Origin: an uncultured Clostridia bacterium
Lineage (GTDB): Bacteria > Bacillota > Clostridia > Christensenellales > Borkfalkiaceae
DNA length: 64,000 bases
Assembly (NCBI GenBank): GCA_964513195.1
Contig: CAZELQ010000001.1
Coordinates: forward strand, 1,990 to 65,989
Reading direction: 5' to 3'
Position 1 is the stretch's first letter. The number at the start of each line of letters is the position of its first letter. The notes beneath the pieces are model-generated. The model saw only the letters and a list, made by a program, of their open reading frames with translations. It ran no database searches and was not told the origin of the DNA. The position numbers and the translations under genes were made by a program. This document shows positions 44,530 to 54,577 of this stretch, one piece after another.

Positions 44530-45462
44530 TCACTTATCTTGCGGTTCTTCGCCTGCCGGCTGCTGCTCCTCTTCTTCCGTTTCGGAATACGGATTGACGT
44601 GCACGGTCACGTGTTTGACTAACGGGAAATTTTGTTCTACCCCGTCGTGCACCTTTTCCGCTATGGAATGAGCCTCGCTCAGCAAGAGATTTCTGTCGCA
44701 GGCAATTTCCGCAACGACATATATACGGTTGCCGAATAATCTGGTCATTAAAGTATCGAGCCGCTTTACACCTTCGCAGGAGCAAATAAATTCTTTGAGA
44801 CGGCTCTCCGTTTCGCTGTCGCAGGCCTTGTCGGTCATTTTGTTTATAGCGTCGACGAAGATGCTTATTGACGCCTTTAAAATCAATAGACAGATAACTA
44901 TTGCGGCTATTGAGTCCAGAATGGGCACTCCGCACATTGCGCCGACGATACCTATTAAGCTGCCAACCGAGGAAAGTGCGTCCGAACGGTGATGCCATGC
45001 GTCGGCTTTGAGCGCGCCCGAATTTATCTTTTTCGCCGCAACATAAGTGTACCAGAACATTGCCTCTTTGACGACGATAGAAACAACGGCCGCCGACATG
45101 GCGAGAAAATCGGGTGTTTGCGCCGTTTTATAGCTGCCGTCGACGATATTCTTTATACCGCTGTAGCCTATACCGATACCCGTCGCAAACAATAACGCCG
45201 ACAAAAGAATCGCCGCTACGCACTCGTACCTTTCGTGCCCGAATTCGTGGTCCTTATCTGCGGCCTTTGCGGAAATTTTTACGCCGATTATAACTATTAT
45301 CGTGGAAAATACGTCGGAAGCCGAATGAATGGCGTCGGAAACCATTGCAAGCGAATGGCCTAAGAAGCCTGCAACGAATTTGAAAGCCATCAGAATGAAA
45401 TTGAAAATTATAGTAATAACCGAAACTTTGACGGCTATTTTTTCCGCTTCAGAACCCTGCAT
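44530..45462 (-). CDS. Cation diffusion facilitator family transporter
   Basis: Six TM helices, HSLAMVSDAIHSASD and HHRSDALSS metal-site motifs, and a C-terminal cytoplasmic domain. Confidence 0.88.
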   Translation of the reverse strand: MQGSEAEKIAVKVSVITIIFNFILMAFKFVAGFLGHSLAMVSDAIHSASDVFSTIIVIIGVKISAKAADKDHEFGHERYECVAAILLSALLFATGIGIGYSGIKNIVDGSYKTAQTPDFLAMSAAVVSIVVKEAMFWYTYVAAKKINSGALKADAWHHRSDALSSVGSLIGIVGAMCGVPILDSIAAIVICLLILKASISIFVDAINKMTDKACDSETESRLKEFICSCEGVKRLDTLMTRLFGNRIYVVAEIACDRNLLLSEAHSIAEKVHDGVEQNFPLVKHVTVHVNPYSETEEEEQQPAGEEPQDK

Positions 45463-45501
45463 TTATTGCTCCGAATTTTTTGTATTTTTGCTTAAAATGA
45501 A

Positions 45502-45531
45502 TTGACAATACACGTCATTTAAATATATAAT
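45502..45531 (+). promoter_or_regulatory. SigA-type promoter of tRNA-Thr
   Basis: TTGACA (45502-45507), 18 nt, TATAAT (45526-45531). Confidence 0.6.
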
Positions 45532-45566
45532 ATTCGGGTAAGCCGTTAAGGTTTACAAATGAGTAT

Positions 45567-45642
<76 letters not shown>

Positions 45643-45644
45643 CG

Positions 45645-45680
45645 GAACCCCCAAAATTTTGGGGGTTCTTCATTTTATTC
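45645..45680 (+). terminator. Terminator after tRNA-Thr
   Basis: Stem GAACCCCC, loop AAAATTTT, stem GGGGGTTC, then TTCATTTTATT. Confidence 0.8.
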
Positions 45681-45802
45681 GTTTAGATAACCAAAAGCAG
45701 TACTCAAATGCGGCAATAACATTCGGGTACTGCTATATTCTACGCTGTTTATTATTGCGCGTTTTCGATAATCTTATTACAATGCGCGCACTCGATTATA
45801 GG

Positions 45803-46147
45803 CTATTGCGCTTTTTTTCTCGCTATTGCGATTCTTATCTTTTTGGAGGCGGGCTTCCCATCGTCCGTTTCCGCAGCCGCAGGCGCCTCGGCCGGTATAT
45901 TCTCCATCTCGACGGCGAGCCCCTCTTTTATTTTCATTCTTACGTATGCAACCGCGCAAGGTTGAGGCACTGTCTTGTCGCAGTTTTTGCAGAACGGCGC
46001 GTACGAGCCGCACAAGTCGGACTTGAATTTTTGGCTGTTCAGAAACTTATCGTTGTCAATAACCTGCTGAATCTGAGCGAGATTTTCCGCCGTCAATACG
46101 TGAGGCATTTCCTTTAAAAGCTCTAAAGGTCCGTTTTCATTCCACAT
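45803..46147 (-). CDS. Hypothetical 114-aa protein with a C-x6-CxxC-x8-C motif and a basic tail
   Basis: ATG 46147 is preceded by an AAGGCGG SD and by TTGATT, 17 nt, TATAAT. A hairpin (AGCAGTAC...GTACTGCT plus TTTTGG) lies downstream. I do not recognise a family. Confidence 0.5.
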   Translation of the reverse strand: MWNENGPLELLKEMPHVLTAENLAQIQQVIDNDKFLNSQKFKSDLCGSYAPFCKNCDKTVPQPCAVAYVRMKIKEGLAVEMENIPAEAPAAAETDDGKPASKKIRIAIARKKAQ

Positions 46148-46214
46148 AGCACATACCGCCTTTTGAATTATATTTCTATTATAGTATAAATACACGTCGA
46201 AATCAAGTCTATTT

Positions 46215-47144
46215 TCAAATTTCCTTGACTATGAGAGTGCCTAAAATCTCCTCGTATTTTTCACGGCGGAAAGAAATGGTGTCGGGCAGAGTCACGGCCG
46301 CGGTACCTGCCGCCACTCCGCTTCTTAAAACGTCCTCGAGGCCCGCCCCCTCCCCGAGAGCTTTAGTAGCGGCGGCAACCATAGCGTCGCCCGCACCCGC
46401 CGTGGAATTCATGGCAACGTTAAGCGACATGCAGTAGTAACGCTTTTCACCGTCGCAGATTACCGCGCCGTTTTTGCCTAAGGAGAGAAGCACGCGCTTG
46501 GCACCTTTGGCAATCAATTTATCGCAGGCGCGTATCATACTGTCCTTATCGGTTATTTTAACTTTAAGCGCCTTTTGAAGCTCGGCGAGATTGGGCTTTA
46601 CAAGGTCTACGCCGTATTTTAACAGATTTACAAGCTTGTCGCCGTCGGTATCGATTACCCTGATAACGTTTTCGGGCACAGCCGAAAGTATCTGCTCCAT
46701 ATAGTTCTGCGGCAAGCTGTCCGTGCATCCGCCCGATATTACGACGGCGTTGCATTTTGTCGACAGGTCTGCGACGGTATCGACCAGCTGTTGCAGATTT
46801 TCGCCCTCGATAGGCGTCGCCTCGTCCACAATTTCAGTGAGCATTGAACGATTATCGACAAAGTTGAATACTTCCCTTACCTTACCCTTGTTCCAGACGA
46901 ATTTATAAGTAACGCCCTCGCGGTGAAGCTCCTGTTCGAACAATCTGCCGCTTTCCTCGTGCATAAAGCCGCTGGCTATGGAATCCGCCCCCAGCCTTTT
47001 TATGCCCGCGGCGACGTTGAGCGCCTTGCCCATAAGATACGTGCGCTTGCTGATAACCTTGTGAGTCCTGCCCACCGAAAGCGAGTCGACTTCAATATTT
47101 ACTTCGAGACAAGGGTTCAAACTTACGCACAAAATCATTTTCAA
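46215..47144 (-). CDS. PfkB-family hexose-phosphate kinase (1-phosphofructokinase / tagatose-6-P kinase type)
   Basis: The N-terminus SLNPCLEV...GKALNVA and the C-terminus TAGAGDAMVAA are typical of the FruK/LacC/PfkB subfamily. Confidence 0.85.
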   Translation of the reverse strand: MKMILCVSLNPCLEVNIEVDSLSVGRTHKVISKRTYLMGKALNVAAGIKRLGADSIASGFMHEESGRLFEQELHREGVTYKFVWNKGKVREVFNFVDNRSMLTEIVDEATPIEGENLQQLVDTVADLSTKCNAVVISGGCTDSLPQNYMEQILSAVPENVIRVIDTDGDKLVNLLKYGVDLVKPNLAELQKALKVKITDKDSMIRACDKLIAKGAKRVLLSLGKNGAVICDGEKRYYCMSLNVAMNSTAGAGDAMVAAATKALGEGAGLEDVLRSGVAAGTAAVTLPDTISFRREKYEEILGTLIVKEI

Positions 47145-47170
47145 AAACCTTTTAAACTGATATTTTCAAT

Positions 47171-47200
47171 AAAAAAACCGCTTTTTCGTTTAAAGCGGTT
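47171..47200 (-). terminator. Terminator after pfkA
   Basis: On the minus strand: stem AACCGCTTT, 7-nt loop, stem AAAGCGGTT, followed by TTTTTTT. Confidence 0.8.
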
Positions 47201-47215
47201 CGTAATTTTTACAAG

Positions 47216-48178
47216 TTACATAGATATCATCTGAAGAGTTTCATACAGTTCGTAATTAAATTTCTTCTTCATGCTGACCGCTTCGATAATGTCCATATCT
47301 ATTATCTCGTTTTTATGGATACCAACCACTCGGTTGCCGATGCCGTCCTTTAAAAGTCTTACGGCTTTATTGCCGAACTGCGCCGCCAACATTCTGTCGG
47401 CCATTGACGGCGAGCCGCCGCGCTGTATATGGCCTATAGTCGTAGGTCGCACGGAATAGGTCGTTACCGACTGAAGCTGTTTTGCAAACTCGTCGGCCGT
47501 GCAAACGCCCTCGGCGACGACAACAATGTTGGAGTGCTTGCCGTTGGCGCGCGAACGGTTAATCCGCATAACGATATCGTCGAGGTCAAACACGACCTCG
47601 GGAACAACGATGATTTCGGCACCGCTTGCAATGCCCGCATAGAGCGCGATATCGCCGCAACGCCTGCCCATAACCTCGACGACCGAAATTCTCTCGTGTG
47701 AGGTCATAGTATCGCGAAGCTTGTTTATAACGTCGATACAGGTATTGACCGCCGTATCGAAGCCGAGCGTGTAATCGGTGTATTCGAGGTCGTTATCTAT
47801 CGTGCCGGGAATACCTATGGTGGGAATTCCGTACTCTTCCGAAAGGCACTTAGCGCCCCTGAAAGAGCCGTCGCCGCCGATAACGACAAGCCCCTCGATA
47901 TTTCTTGCTTCCAAAGTTCTGACCGCACGCTTCTGCCCCTCTTTGGTGAGCATTTCAAGGCATCGTGCCGTTCTGAGCTTGGTGCCGCCGCGCTGAACTA
48001 TATCGGAAACCGAGCGCATTTCCATAGAGATCATATCGTCGTCGATAAGACCCTGATAGCCGCGCTGGATGCCGTAAACTTCCATACCGTAATACATTGC
48101 AGTCCTGACGACCGCCCTTATGCAGGCGTTCATTCCGGGAGCATCGCCGCCGCTGGTAAGTAAACCGATTCTTTTCAT
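47216..48178 (-). CDS. pfkA: ATP-dependent 6-phosphofructokinase
   Basis: MKRIGLLTSGGDAPGMNA, VIGGDGS, GIPGTIDND and GHIQRGG. Confidence 0.94.
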   Translation of the reverse strand: MKRIGLLTSGGDAPGMNACIRAVVRTAMYYGMEVYGIQRGYQGLIDDDMISMEMRSVSDIVQRGGTKLRTARCLEMLTKEGQKRAVRTLEARNIEGLVVIGGDGSFRGAKCLSEEYGIPTIGIPGTIDNDLEYTDYTLGFDTAVNTCIDVINKLRDTMTSHERISVVEVMGRRCGDIALYAGIASGAEIIVVPEVVFDLDDIVMRINRSRANGKHSNIVVVAEGVCTADEFAKQLQSVTTYSVRPTTIGHIQRGGSPSMADRMLAAQFGNKAVRLLKDGIGNRVVGIHKNEIIDMDIIEAVSMKKKFNYELYETLQMISM

Positions 48179-48315
48179 TGAAAATCCTCCGACGTCTTCG
48201 GCATACGCCGCACGTTTGCGCTCGCCCCCTTAACCGTATGCCGATAGAAGTTTCATTCAAGTAATTATTATATCAGATTTAAAAATTAAAAACAACCCTT
48301 TTTGAGAGAATAATT

Positions 48316-51300
48316 TTAATTATTGTCAACGTATTTTATGTCTTCCTCGTGAATATATCCGCAGAGCTCCGCCAAAAGGGCTTTACAATAATTTACTCCG
48401 TGGGGAAGCCTGTATCTTTTATCTCCCCGCACAAGCGCGCACGTAACTGTACCTTCGTAGCTTGACAGCATTTGCACGAGCTCGTCAAAGCTATCGTCGG
48501 AAAGCGCACCTGTATTCAGCCAGAGTACCGGTCCCCTGCGCGCACCCGCCGCAGCCGTATTTGTTTTACGGTCGTAAGAAGATACGTCGAATTCCTTGAC
48601 GTCGTCGATTATAATGCTTGGTTCGTCCTCTTTAGACAGGTCGAGCTTGCCCTTTAACGTGACTATTTTGTCGTTAGCTATTACGGCCTTAATCCTTTCG
48701 AAAACCGACGGGAAAGCTACGCAATCTATGTTGCCGTATACGTCCTCTAACGTCAAAAACGCCATGGTAGCGCCCGAGTTTCTCGTTGTCGTGCGCCTTA
48801 TAGCGGAAATAATACCGCCCATCGTTACGGGCATACCGTCCGAAATCCTGTTATAAGTCCTCATCCCGTCTTCGTCCTCCATATAGTCCGAGAGATAAGA
48901 ACAATTAAAGGAGCAATCCCTGAAAGCCGACATATATCTTTCAAAGGGGTGACCGCTGACGTACACGCCGAGAACGAGTTTTTCCTTAGACAATTTGTCC
49001 ATAAGCTCGAATTCGGGTATGTCAGGGTATTCAACTTCGAGTTTTTCGTCGGTAATTATATCGCCGAACAGGCTCAACTGCGCACCGCTCTTCTGCTTGC
49101 ATATCGCCGAAGCGCGCGAGTAGAGCTCGTCGTAAACGGCATACAGTCTGGAACGGGCTATGCCCATTGCGTCGAACGCGCCCGCAAGAATAAGTCCCTC
49201 TATTATTCTCTTGTTCACCATACCGGCACAACGCAGTAAGAAGTCGGGAAAATCCTTGAAAAGTCCGTGGGTTTCCCTCTCCTTTATTACCTCGTCTATC
49301 GCCGCCTGACCCGAGCCTTTAAGAGCGGAGAGGCCGAATAAAATGCCGTCGCCTTCAACCGAAAACGCCGTCTTTGATTTATTTATATCGGGCGGAGAGA
49401 CGGTTATGCCCTTGTCCTTGAGGTAAATTACATACTTGGTTATTTCGTCTATCTTGTTTAACCGGTTATTTAAAAGCGCGCAGATAAATTCTTTGCAGTA
49501 ATATTTTTTAAGCCAAGCCGTTTGATATGCGAGAGTTGCGTATGCCGCGGCGTGCGATTTGTTGAACGCATATGAGGCAAAACCCTCCATATTGGCGAAA
49601 ATTTTGGCCGCGATTTCGGCGGGAATACCGTTATTTACGCACCCCTTTATCTCGCTTCCGTTGGTGTCGCTTATGCCGCCGTAAATAAATTTTTCTTTCT
49701 GCGCCATAAGGGTCTTTTTGTCTTTTTTACCCATTGCCCTACGTACGAGGTCGGCCTCGCCAAGTGAAAAACCCGCAAGATACTGGAAGATCTGCATGAC
49801 CTGTTCCTGATAGACGGGAATACCGTACGTAACCTTTAAAATCTTTTCTTCCTGCGGGCAATCGTACTCGATCGGCGCTTCGCCGTGCTTGCGTTTACAG
49901 AAATCGTCTATAAAGCGCATAGGCCCCGGGCGGTAAAGAGAGACGCCCGCTATCAGGTCCTCGAGACAGTCGGGCTTCAGCTGCCTCATAAAGCGCTTCA
50001 TGCCGCCCGCTTCAAGCTGGAACACGCCGTCGGTATCTCCCTCGGAGATAAGCTCGTAAGCGCCTACGTCCTCATACCCTATCTTCGTAAAGTCTACCTC
50101 TACACCCGCGTCCTCCCTGATGTAGTCGACGCACTTTTTGATATCGGTAAGCGTTACCAAGGCGAGGAAGTCCATTTTCAGCATTCCCAGCGCCTCGATT
50201 TCCTTGGCAACAAATTGGGTGGTTATATCGTCGCCGTTACGGGAAAGGGGCACGTTGTCGGCAATCTTTTTACGGCAAATGACCACGCCGGCCGCATGCA
50301 TGCCCGTCTGTCGGGGCATACCCTCCAGCTGTAGAGCCATATCGATTACCCTGTGCAGGGTTTCGTCCTCTTCATACATTGCGCAGAATTCGGCGTTACG
50401 CGCAACTTTCAGCTCGTTGAATTTGCTCTCGAGCTCGGCCTTTTTATCGGGGTCGGACTCCTCGCGCATTTTCTTCTCGGTAGAGGCGATTCTTCTTCCG
50501 AGTAAATCTCCTATAGAGGTCTTGCCGTCCATTATCTTGGTCAGCTTGTCCGTTTCGGAATAGGGAACGCGCATAACGCGGCCTACGTCTTTTATGGCGT
50601 TTTTGGCAGCCATAGTGCCGAAAGTGACAATTTGGCAGACGTTTTCGGGATGATATTTTTGCCGTACGTACTCTATCGTTTCCTCTCTTCTTTCCGTACA
50701 GAAGTCGATATCGAAGTCCGGCATAGATACGCGGTCGGGGTTTAAAAAGCGCTCGAACAGCAAATCGTACTGAAGCGGCTCCACGTCGGTAATTCCTATA
50801 GAATAGGCGACTATGGAGCTTACGCCCGACCCGCGGCCCGGGCCGACGGGTATGCCGTGTTCCTTGGACCAATTTATGAAGTCCCATACGATGAGATAGT
50901 ATTCGGCATAACCCATGCCGCAGATTACGCTGAGCTCGTAGTCCGCCCTGTCCCTCTGGACCTTGCCAACGGTACCGTAACGACGCACAAGACCCTCGTC
51001 GGTTATTTTCCTTAGGTATTCCTCGGGCGTGGAACCGTCGGGCGGATCATAACCGGGGATTAAGCTCATATCTCTTATGGGGTAACCCTTTTTATCGAGG
51101 TTGAAAGCCGGCTCGCAAACCTTATCGGCTATTACGCGGGTATTGGAAATTGCTTTCGGCAAGCCTTTAAAAAGCTCCGCCATCTCGTCGCCCGACTTGA
51201 AATAAAACTCGTTGGAGTCGAATTTCATTCTCTTGGGGTCGTCAAGAGTCTTTTTTGTCTGAATGCATAAAAGAACGTCCTGCATTTCCGCGTCTTCTTT

Positions 51301-51921
51301 CTTAAGATAGTGTACGTCGTTTGTCGCAACTATCTCGACGCCTATTTCCTCCGCAAGCTTTACAAGTTTGGGCAGCACCATTTTTTCTTCGGGTATGCCG
51401 TGGTCCTGAATCTCTATGTAAAAGTCGTCGCCGAAGGTCTCCTTTAAGTCCAGCGCCATATTTCTCGCGCCGTCGTAATCTCCGGACAGAAGCCTTCTGG
51501 GTATTCCGCCCGCAAGGCAAGCCGAAAGGCAAATTACGCCCTCGGAGTGCTCCTTTAAAACCTTATAATCGATTTTCGGCTTATAGTAAAATCCGTCGAC
51601 GAACGCCATGGAATCGAGCTGAATCAGATTTTTGTAGCCCGCTTTGTTCTTTGCAAGCAAAATAAGGTGTTCGGCTATATTTTCGGTCTTGTCGTGCATA
51701 TCTCTGGTCATATAAAATTCACAGCCGATGATGTACTTCAACCCCGCGACGGCGGCTTTTTCGGCAAAATGAAGAGTGCCGTACATATTGCCGTGGTCGG
51801 TCATACATACGGTGTCGATGCCGTTGTTTTTGCAGTAATCAATTAAATTGTCGATTTTACAGGCACCGTCAAGCAGAGAGTACTCCGTATGCAGGTGCAG
51901 ATGCACGAAATCTGTCATCAT
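48316..51921 (-). CDS. dnaE: DNA polymerase III alpha subunit (DnaE type)
   Basis: N-terminal PHP domain (FVHLHLHTEYSLLDG), the PDFDIDF catalytic motif, and an OB fold near the C-terminus; 1201 aa. Confidence 0.94.
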   Translation of the reverse strand: MMTDFVHLHLHTEYSLLDGACKIDNLIDYCKNNGIDTVCMTDHGNMYGTLHFAEKAAVAGLKYIIGCEFYMTRDMHDKTENIAEHLILLAKNKAGYKNLIQLDSMAFVDGFYYKPKIDYKVLKEHSEGVICLSACLAGGIPRRLLSGDYDGARNMALDLKETFGDDFYIEIQDHGIPEEKMVLPKLVKLAEEIGVEIVATNDVHYLKKEDAEMQDVLLCIQTKKTLDDPKRMKFDSNEFYFKSGDEMAELFKGLPKAISNTRVIADKVCEPAFNLDKKGYPIRDMSLIPGYDPPDGSTPEEYLRKITDEGLVRRYGTVGKVQRDRADYELSVICGMGYAEYYLIVWDFINWSKEHGIPVGPGRGSGVSSIVAYSIGITDVEPLQYDLLFERFLNPDRVSMPDFDIDFCTERREETIEYVRQKYHPENVCQIVTFGTMAAKNAIKDVGRVMRVPYSETDKLTKIMDGKTSIGDLLGRRIASTEKKMREESDPDKKAELESKFNELKVARNAEFCAMYEEDETLHRVIDMALQLEGMPRQTGMHAAGVVICRKKIADNVPLSRNGDDITTQFVAKEIEALGMLKMDFLALVTLTDIKKCVDYIREDAGVEVDFTKIGYEDVGAYELISEGDTDGVFQLEAGGMKRFMRQLKPDCLEDLIAGVSLYRPGPMRFIDDFCKRKHGEAPIEYDCPQEEKILKVTYGIPVYQEQVMQIFQYLAGFSLGEADLVRRAMGKKDKKTLMAQKEKFIYGGISDTNGSEIKGCVNNGIPAEIAAKIFANMEGFASYAFNKSHAAAYATLAYQTAWLKKYYCKEFICALLNNRLNKIDEITKYVIYLKDKGITVSPPDINKSKTAFSVEGDGILFGLSALKGSGQAAIDEVIKERETHGLFKDFPDFLLRCAGMVNKRIIEGLILAGAFDAMGIARSRLYAVYDELYSRASAICKQKSGAQLSLFGDIITDEKLEVEYPDIPEFELMDKLSKEKLVLGVYVSGHPFERYMSAFRDCSFNCSYLSDYMEDEDGMRTYNRISDGMPVTMGGIISAIRRTTTRNSGATMAFLTLEDVYGNIDCVAFPSVFERIKAVIANDKIVTLKGKLDLSKEDEPSIIIDDVKEFDVSSYDRKTNTAAAGARRGPVLWLNTGALSDDSFDELVQMLSSYEGTVTCALVRGDKRYRLPHGVNYCKALLAELCGYIHEEDIKYVDNN

Positions 51922-51937
51922 TCGTTCCTTTTTCGGG

Positions 51938-52888
51938 TTATAATAAGTGGGAAGAAATATCGAATATCTTTCTCATTCTGTGGTTTATACAGCTCTTCGT
52001 AATCGACAGCCTGTCCGCCAGCTCCTGCATGGAAGCGTTCGTATCGGCAAGCCGCGCCTCCGCTACCTCGAACAGATTTTGGTTAAGACTCTGCAAGCCT
52101 ATGGTCTGAGCAATAATTTCTATGGCTTTAATCTGCGCGACTGAGGCCGTAACCGCCTTGTCTATATTCGAAACAGAACAGTTGCTTACCCTGTTCCGAT
52201 TGTTGCTCTTGTCCTTGAATTCTACGATTTTATTGAGTTTATCGAGGCATTTATCGGTCTGCATCACGGAGAGTAGGTCGGAAATTACCTCCTTGCTCTT
52301 TATATAAACCACCGCGCTGTCCTTTCTGGAAACAAGCTTTGCGAGCACTTCGAAGTCGCATAGTAACTCACAATAATCGCCGGCCGTGATACGGTTTGAA
52401 AAAACAACCTCGAAGTGATAGCCCGTACGGCTGTAGGTCTGCTCCTCCGGTAACGTGCAGCTTCCGCCGCCGAGAAAAGCGCCCTTTATATAGGCGACCT
52501 TGCTCTCTTCTGTCCGAACAAGCTCGTCGGCGATATCGAACGATAGAGAAAGGCCGCTCCCGTCGTCGTATAAAATTCCCAACCTTTTGAGCATGGAACA
52601 GGACGAATCGTCGAGGAAATCAAGCGTAAGCTTGTCCTTTCCGTTCATTCTGTCAAGCTTGGCGTCGGAAACGTTCATTGAGGAATGAAAGACCGACTCA
52701 GCCAAATCGCTTATGAATTCGGCCGAGCGCTCGTTCTCGGTAACGATTTCGAAGCCGTACCTTCCGCCGCTCGAAAATATGCTGCCGCTGGTGCGAATAA
52801 ACGCGGAAAGAAAGGCTATACGGCTCTTTTCGTCTTTTACGTGAGTACGGATTATTTCGTTTTTTATCTCTTCGGTAAAAGTACTCAT
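51938..52888 (-). CDS. whiA: DNA-binding protein WhiA
   Basis: Start at MSTFTEEIKNEI. It has LAGLIDADG-like repeats (AFLSAFIRTSGS, YIKGAFLGGGS) and a C-terminal HTH. Confidence 0.88.
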   Translation of the reverse strand: MSTFTEEIKNEIIRTHVKDEKSRIAFLSAFIRTSGSIFSSGGRYGFEIVTENERSAEFISDLAESVFHSSMNVSDAKLDRMNGKDKLTLDFLDDSSCSMLKRLGILYDDGSGLSLSFDIADELVRTEESKVAYIKGAFLGGGSCTLPEEQTYSRTGYHFEVVFSNRITAGDYCELLCDFEVLAKLVSRKDSAVVYIKSKEVISDLLSVMQTDKCLDKLNKIVEFKDKSNNRNRVSNCSVSNIDKAVTASVAQIKAIEIIAQTIGLQSLNQNLFEVAEARLADTNASMQELADRLSITKSCINHRMRKIFDISSHLL

Positions 52889-52889
52889 A

Positions 52890-53666
52890 TTATAAATGCG
52901 TCTTTTTATATTCGGCAAATCTGAAATTGGGCAGTCTGCCGTCGATATTGTCTATTCTGTCAAGCGGAAGATTGCAGTCTTTTAAAAGTTCCTCGGCAAT
53001 CTTGGTGTCGCCCACCCTGTCGGCGGAATGGGCGTCGGAATCGATTACGAAGCGTACACCCGTCGTAGCCATTAAATCCACCTCTTCGGGGGAAACGTGA
53101 CGCTTTTTCGTATTGATTTCTATATACGTGCCGTAATCGGCGCAGGCCTTGGCGACTTCCTTGAGGTCGCAACAGCACTTGTAATTTATGTGAGTCAGAA
53201 TATCAATCGGGTTGTTTTTTACGGCGTTAATATAGGCTTTTGTCGTGTTGTCGATAACCCTTTGCGCAGGTCTGCGGCCGAGCTTGTACGCCGTGTAATT
53301 GCGCACCATAATCGAATAAAAGTCCGAAAAACGCTTATAACGCAGCACTTCGTGTATACCGAAAAGGTAGATATCGAAATACCGTAAATCGTCGGGGCGC
53401 ATATCGGTATCTCCGCTTAAAGAAATAAGATTGCTCTCCATCCCCATCAGAACCTTTACTCCCGTAAGGCGCTCGGCTTCTTCGACTTCGGCCCTGAGGC
53501 TGTCGAGACACTTACGCTTCAGCCCGAAAAGAAGGTGGTTAAATCCGTGGTCGGTGATAGCTATTTGCTTAAGTCCGAGCTTCTTCGCCGCCGTTGCGTT
53601 CTCCAATACGGTGTTTTTGCCATGGGAATAGGGCGTATGTGTATGGTAATCAGCTGTTAAAATCAT
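52890..53666 (-). CDS. PHP-family metal-dependent phosphoesterase
   Basis: DYHTHTPYSHG, ITDHG and SDAHS ligand motifs. Confidence 0.8.
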   Translation of the reverse strand: MILTADYHTHTPYSHGKNTVLENATAAKKLGLKQIAITDHGFNHLLFGLKRKCLDSLRAEVEEAERLTGVKVLMGMESNLISLSGDTDMRPDDLRYFDIYLFGIHEVLRYKRFSDFYSIMVRNYTAYKLGRRPAQRVIDNTTKAYINAVKNNPIDILTHINYKCCCDLKEVAKACADYGTYIEINTKKRHVSPEEVDLMATTGVRFVIDSDAHSADRVGDTKIAEELLKDCNLPLDRIDNIDGRLPNFRFAEYKKTHL

Positions 53667-54558
53667 TAAATTCTCCTATGTACACCACTTCTTCCCGAAG
53701 CAAAATTCCGAATTTTTCGTATACCCTCGAGCGTACGGCCTCTATAAGCACCCTTACATCTTTAGCCGTACCGCCGTCGTTTATAATAAAATTTGCGTGC
53801 TCTCGGCTTACGTGAGCACCGCCGGCCGACATACCCTTACAGCCCGCGCCGTCTATTAAAAGCCCTGCGGAAATTCCCGACGGATTTTTAAATACGCAAC
53901 CGCAGCTCTTTCCTTTCGGCAGATGGCTCCTGCGCGATTTAAAGTAATCGGTTCGGCGCTCTATTTCCTTAGATGTGGTTGCGTTTATTTTAACTGTTAT
54001 CGACAAAATTAACGCGTTTATGCCACGCATAGTACTTCGTCTATACCCAAAATCGCACATTTCGTGGCTTAAAACTCGGGTTTTACCGTCATAGACGGTT
54101 ACGGAAATTATATCGTTGCCTATGCAGTCGGAGCCTACCCCCGCATTCATATAAGCCGCGCCGCCTACGGTTGCGGGAATACCGTTCAGATATTCGAGCC
54201 CGCTTAAATTGTGGCGTTTGCAGTATGCGAGAAGCGCGCCCGTTTTTGTGCCGGCAAGACATAGAAGTCTGTCACCGATATTGATAATTCCGCTCAAATA
54301 TTTTGTGGAAACGACGGCACCACTGAAGCCGTAATCCGAGGCAAGAACGTTTGAACCGTTCCCGATTACGAAGTATTCTTGGTTTCGTGCGTTGAGGTCG
54401 TCAACCGCACGTCTTGCCTCAATAAGATTTTTCGGGTAATAGACAACCGGCGCATTGCCTCCTAAACCGTATGTCGTATTGCGCGAAAAGCTGAAATTTT
54501 TCCGAACTTCGCAGCGCCCATCGGGAAAGCCGCTTATTCCGCTTTTATATAATAGCAT
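53650..54558 (-). CDS. murB: UDP-N-acetylenolpyruvoylglucosamine reductase
   Basis: FAD-binding domain (TYGLGG, GNGSNVL), and SCGCVFKNP and GGAHVSREHANFIIN in the C-terminal domain. Confidence 0.92.
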   Translation of the reverse strand: MLLYKSGISGFPDGRCEVRKNFSFSRNTTYGLGGNAPVVYYPKNLIEARRAVDDLNARNQEYFVIGNGSNVLASDYGFSGAVVSTKYLSGIINIGDRLLCLAGTKTGALLAYCKRHNLSGLEYLNGIPATVGGAAYMNAGVGSDCIGNDIISVTVYDGKTRVLSHEMCDFGYRRSTMRGINALILSITVKINATTSKEIERRTDYFKSRRSHLPKGKSCGCVFKNPSGISAGLLIDGAGCKGMSAGGAHVSREHANFIINDGGTAKDVRVLIEAVRSRVYEKFGILLREEVVYIGEFNDFNS

Positions 54559-54577
54559 TTTTTGTCCGTTTAATCAA

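Noticed and set aside
45463-45540. An inverted repeat AAATGA-N14-TCATTT over the shared -35 region between the CDF transporter gene and tRNA-Thr, considered as a metal-regulator operator.
   Set aside because: The arms are only 6 bp in AT-rich DNA, there is no adjacent ArsR/MerR-type regulator gene, and I recognise no match to a known operator.
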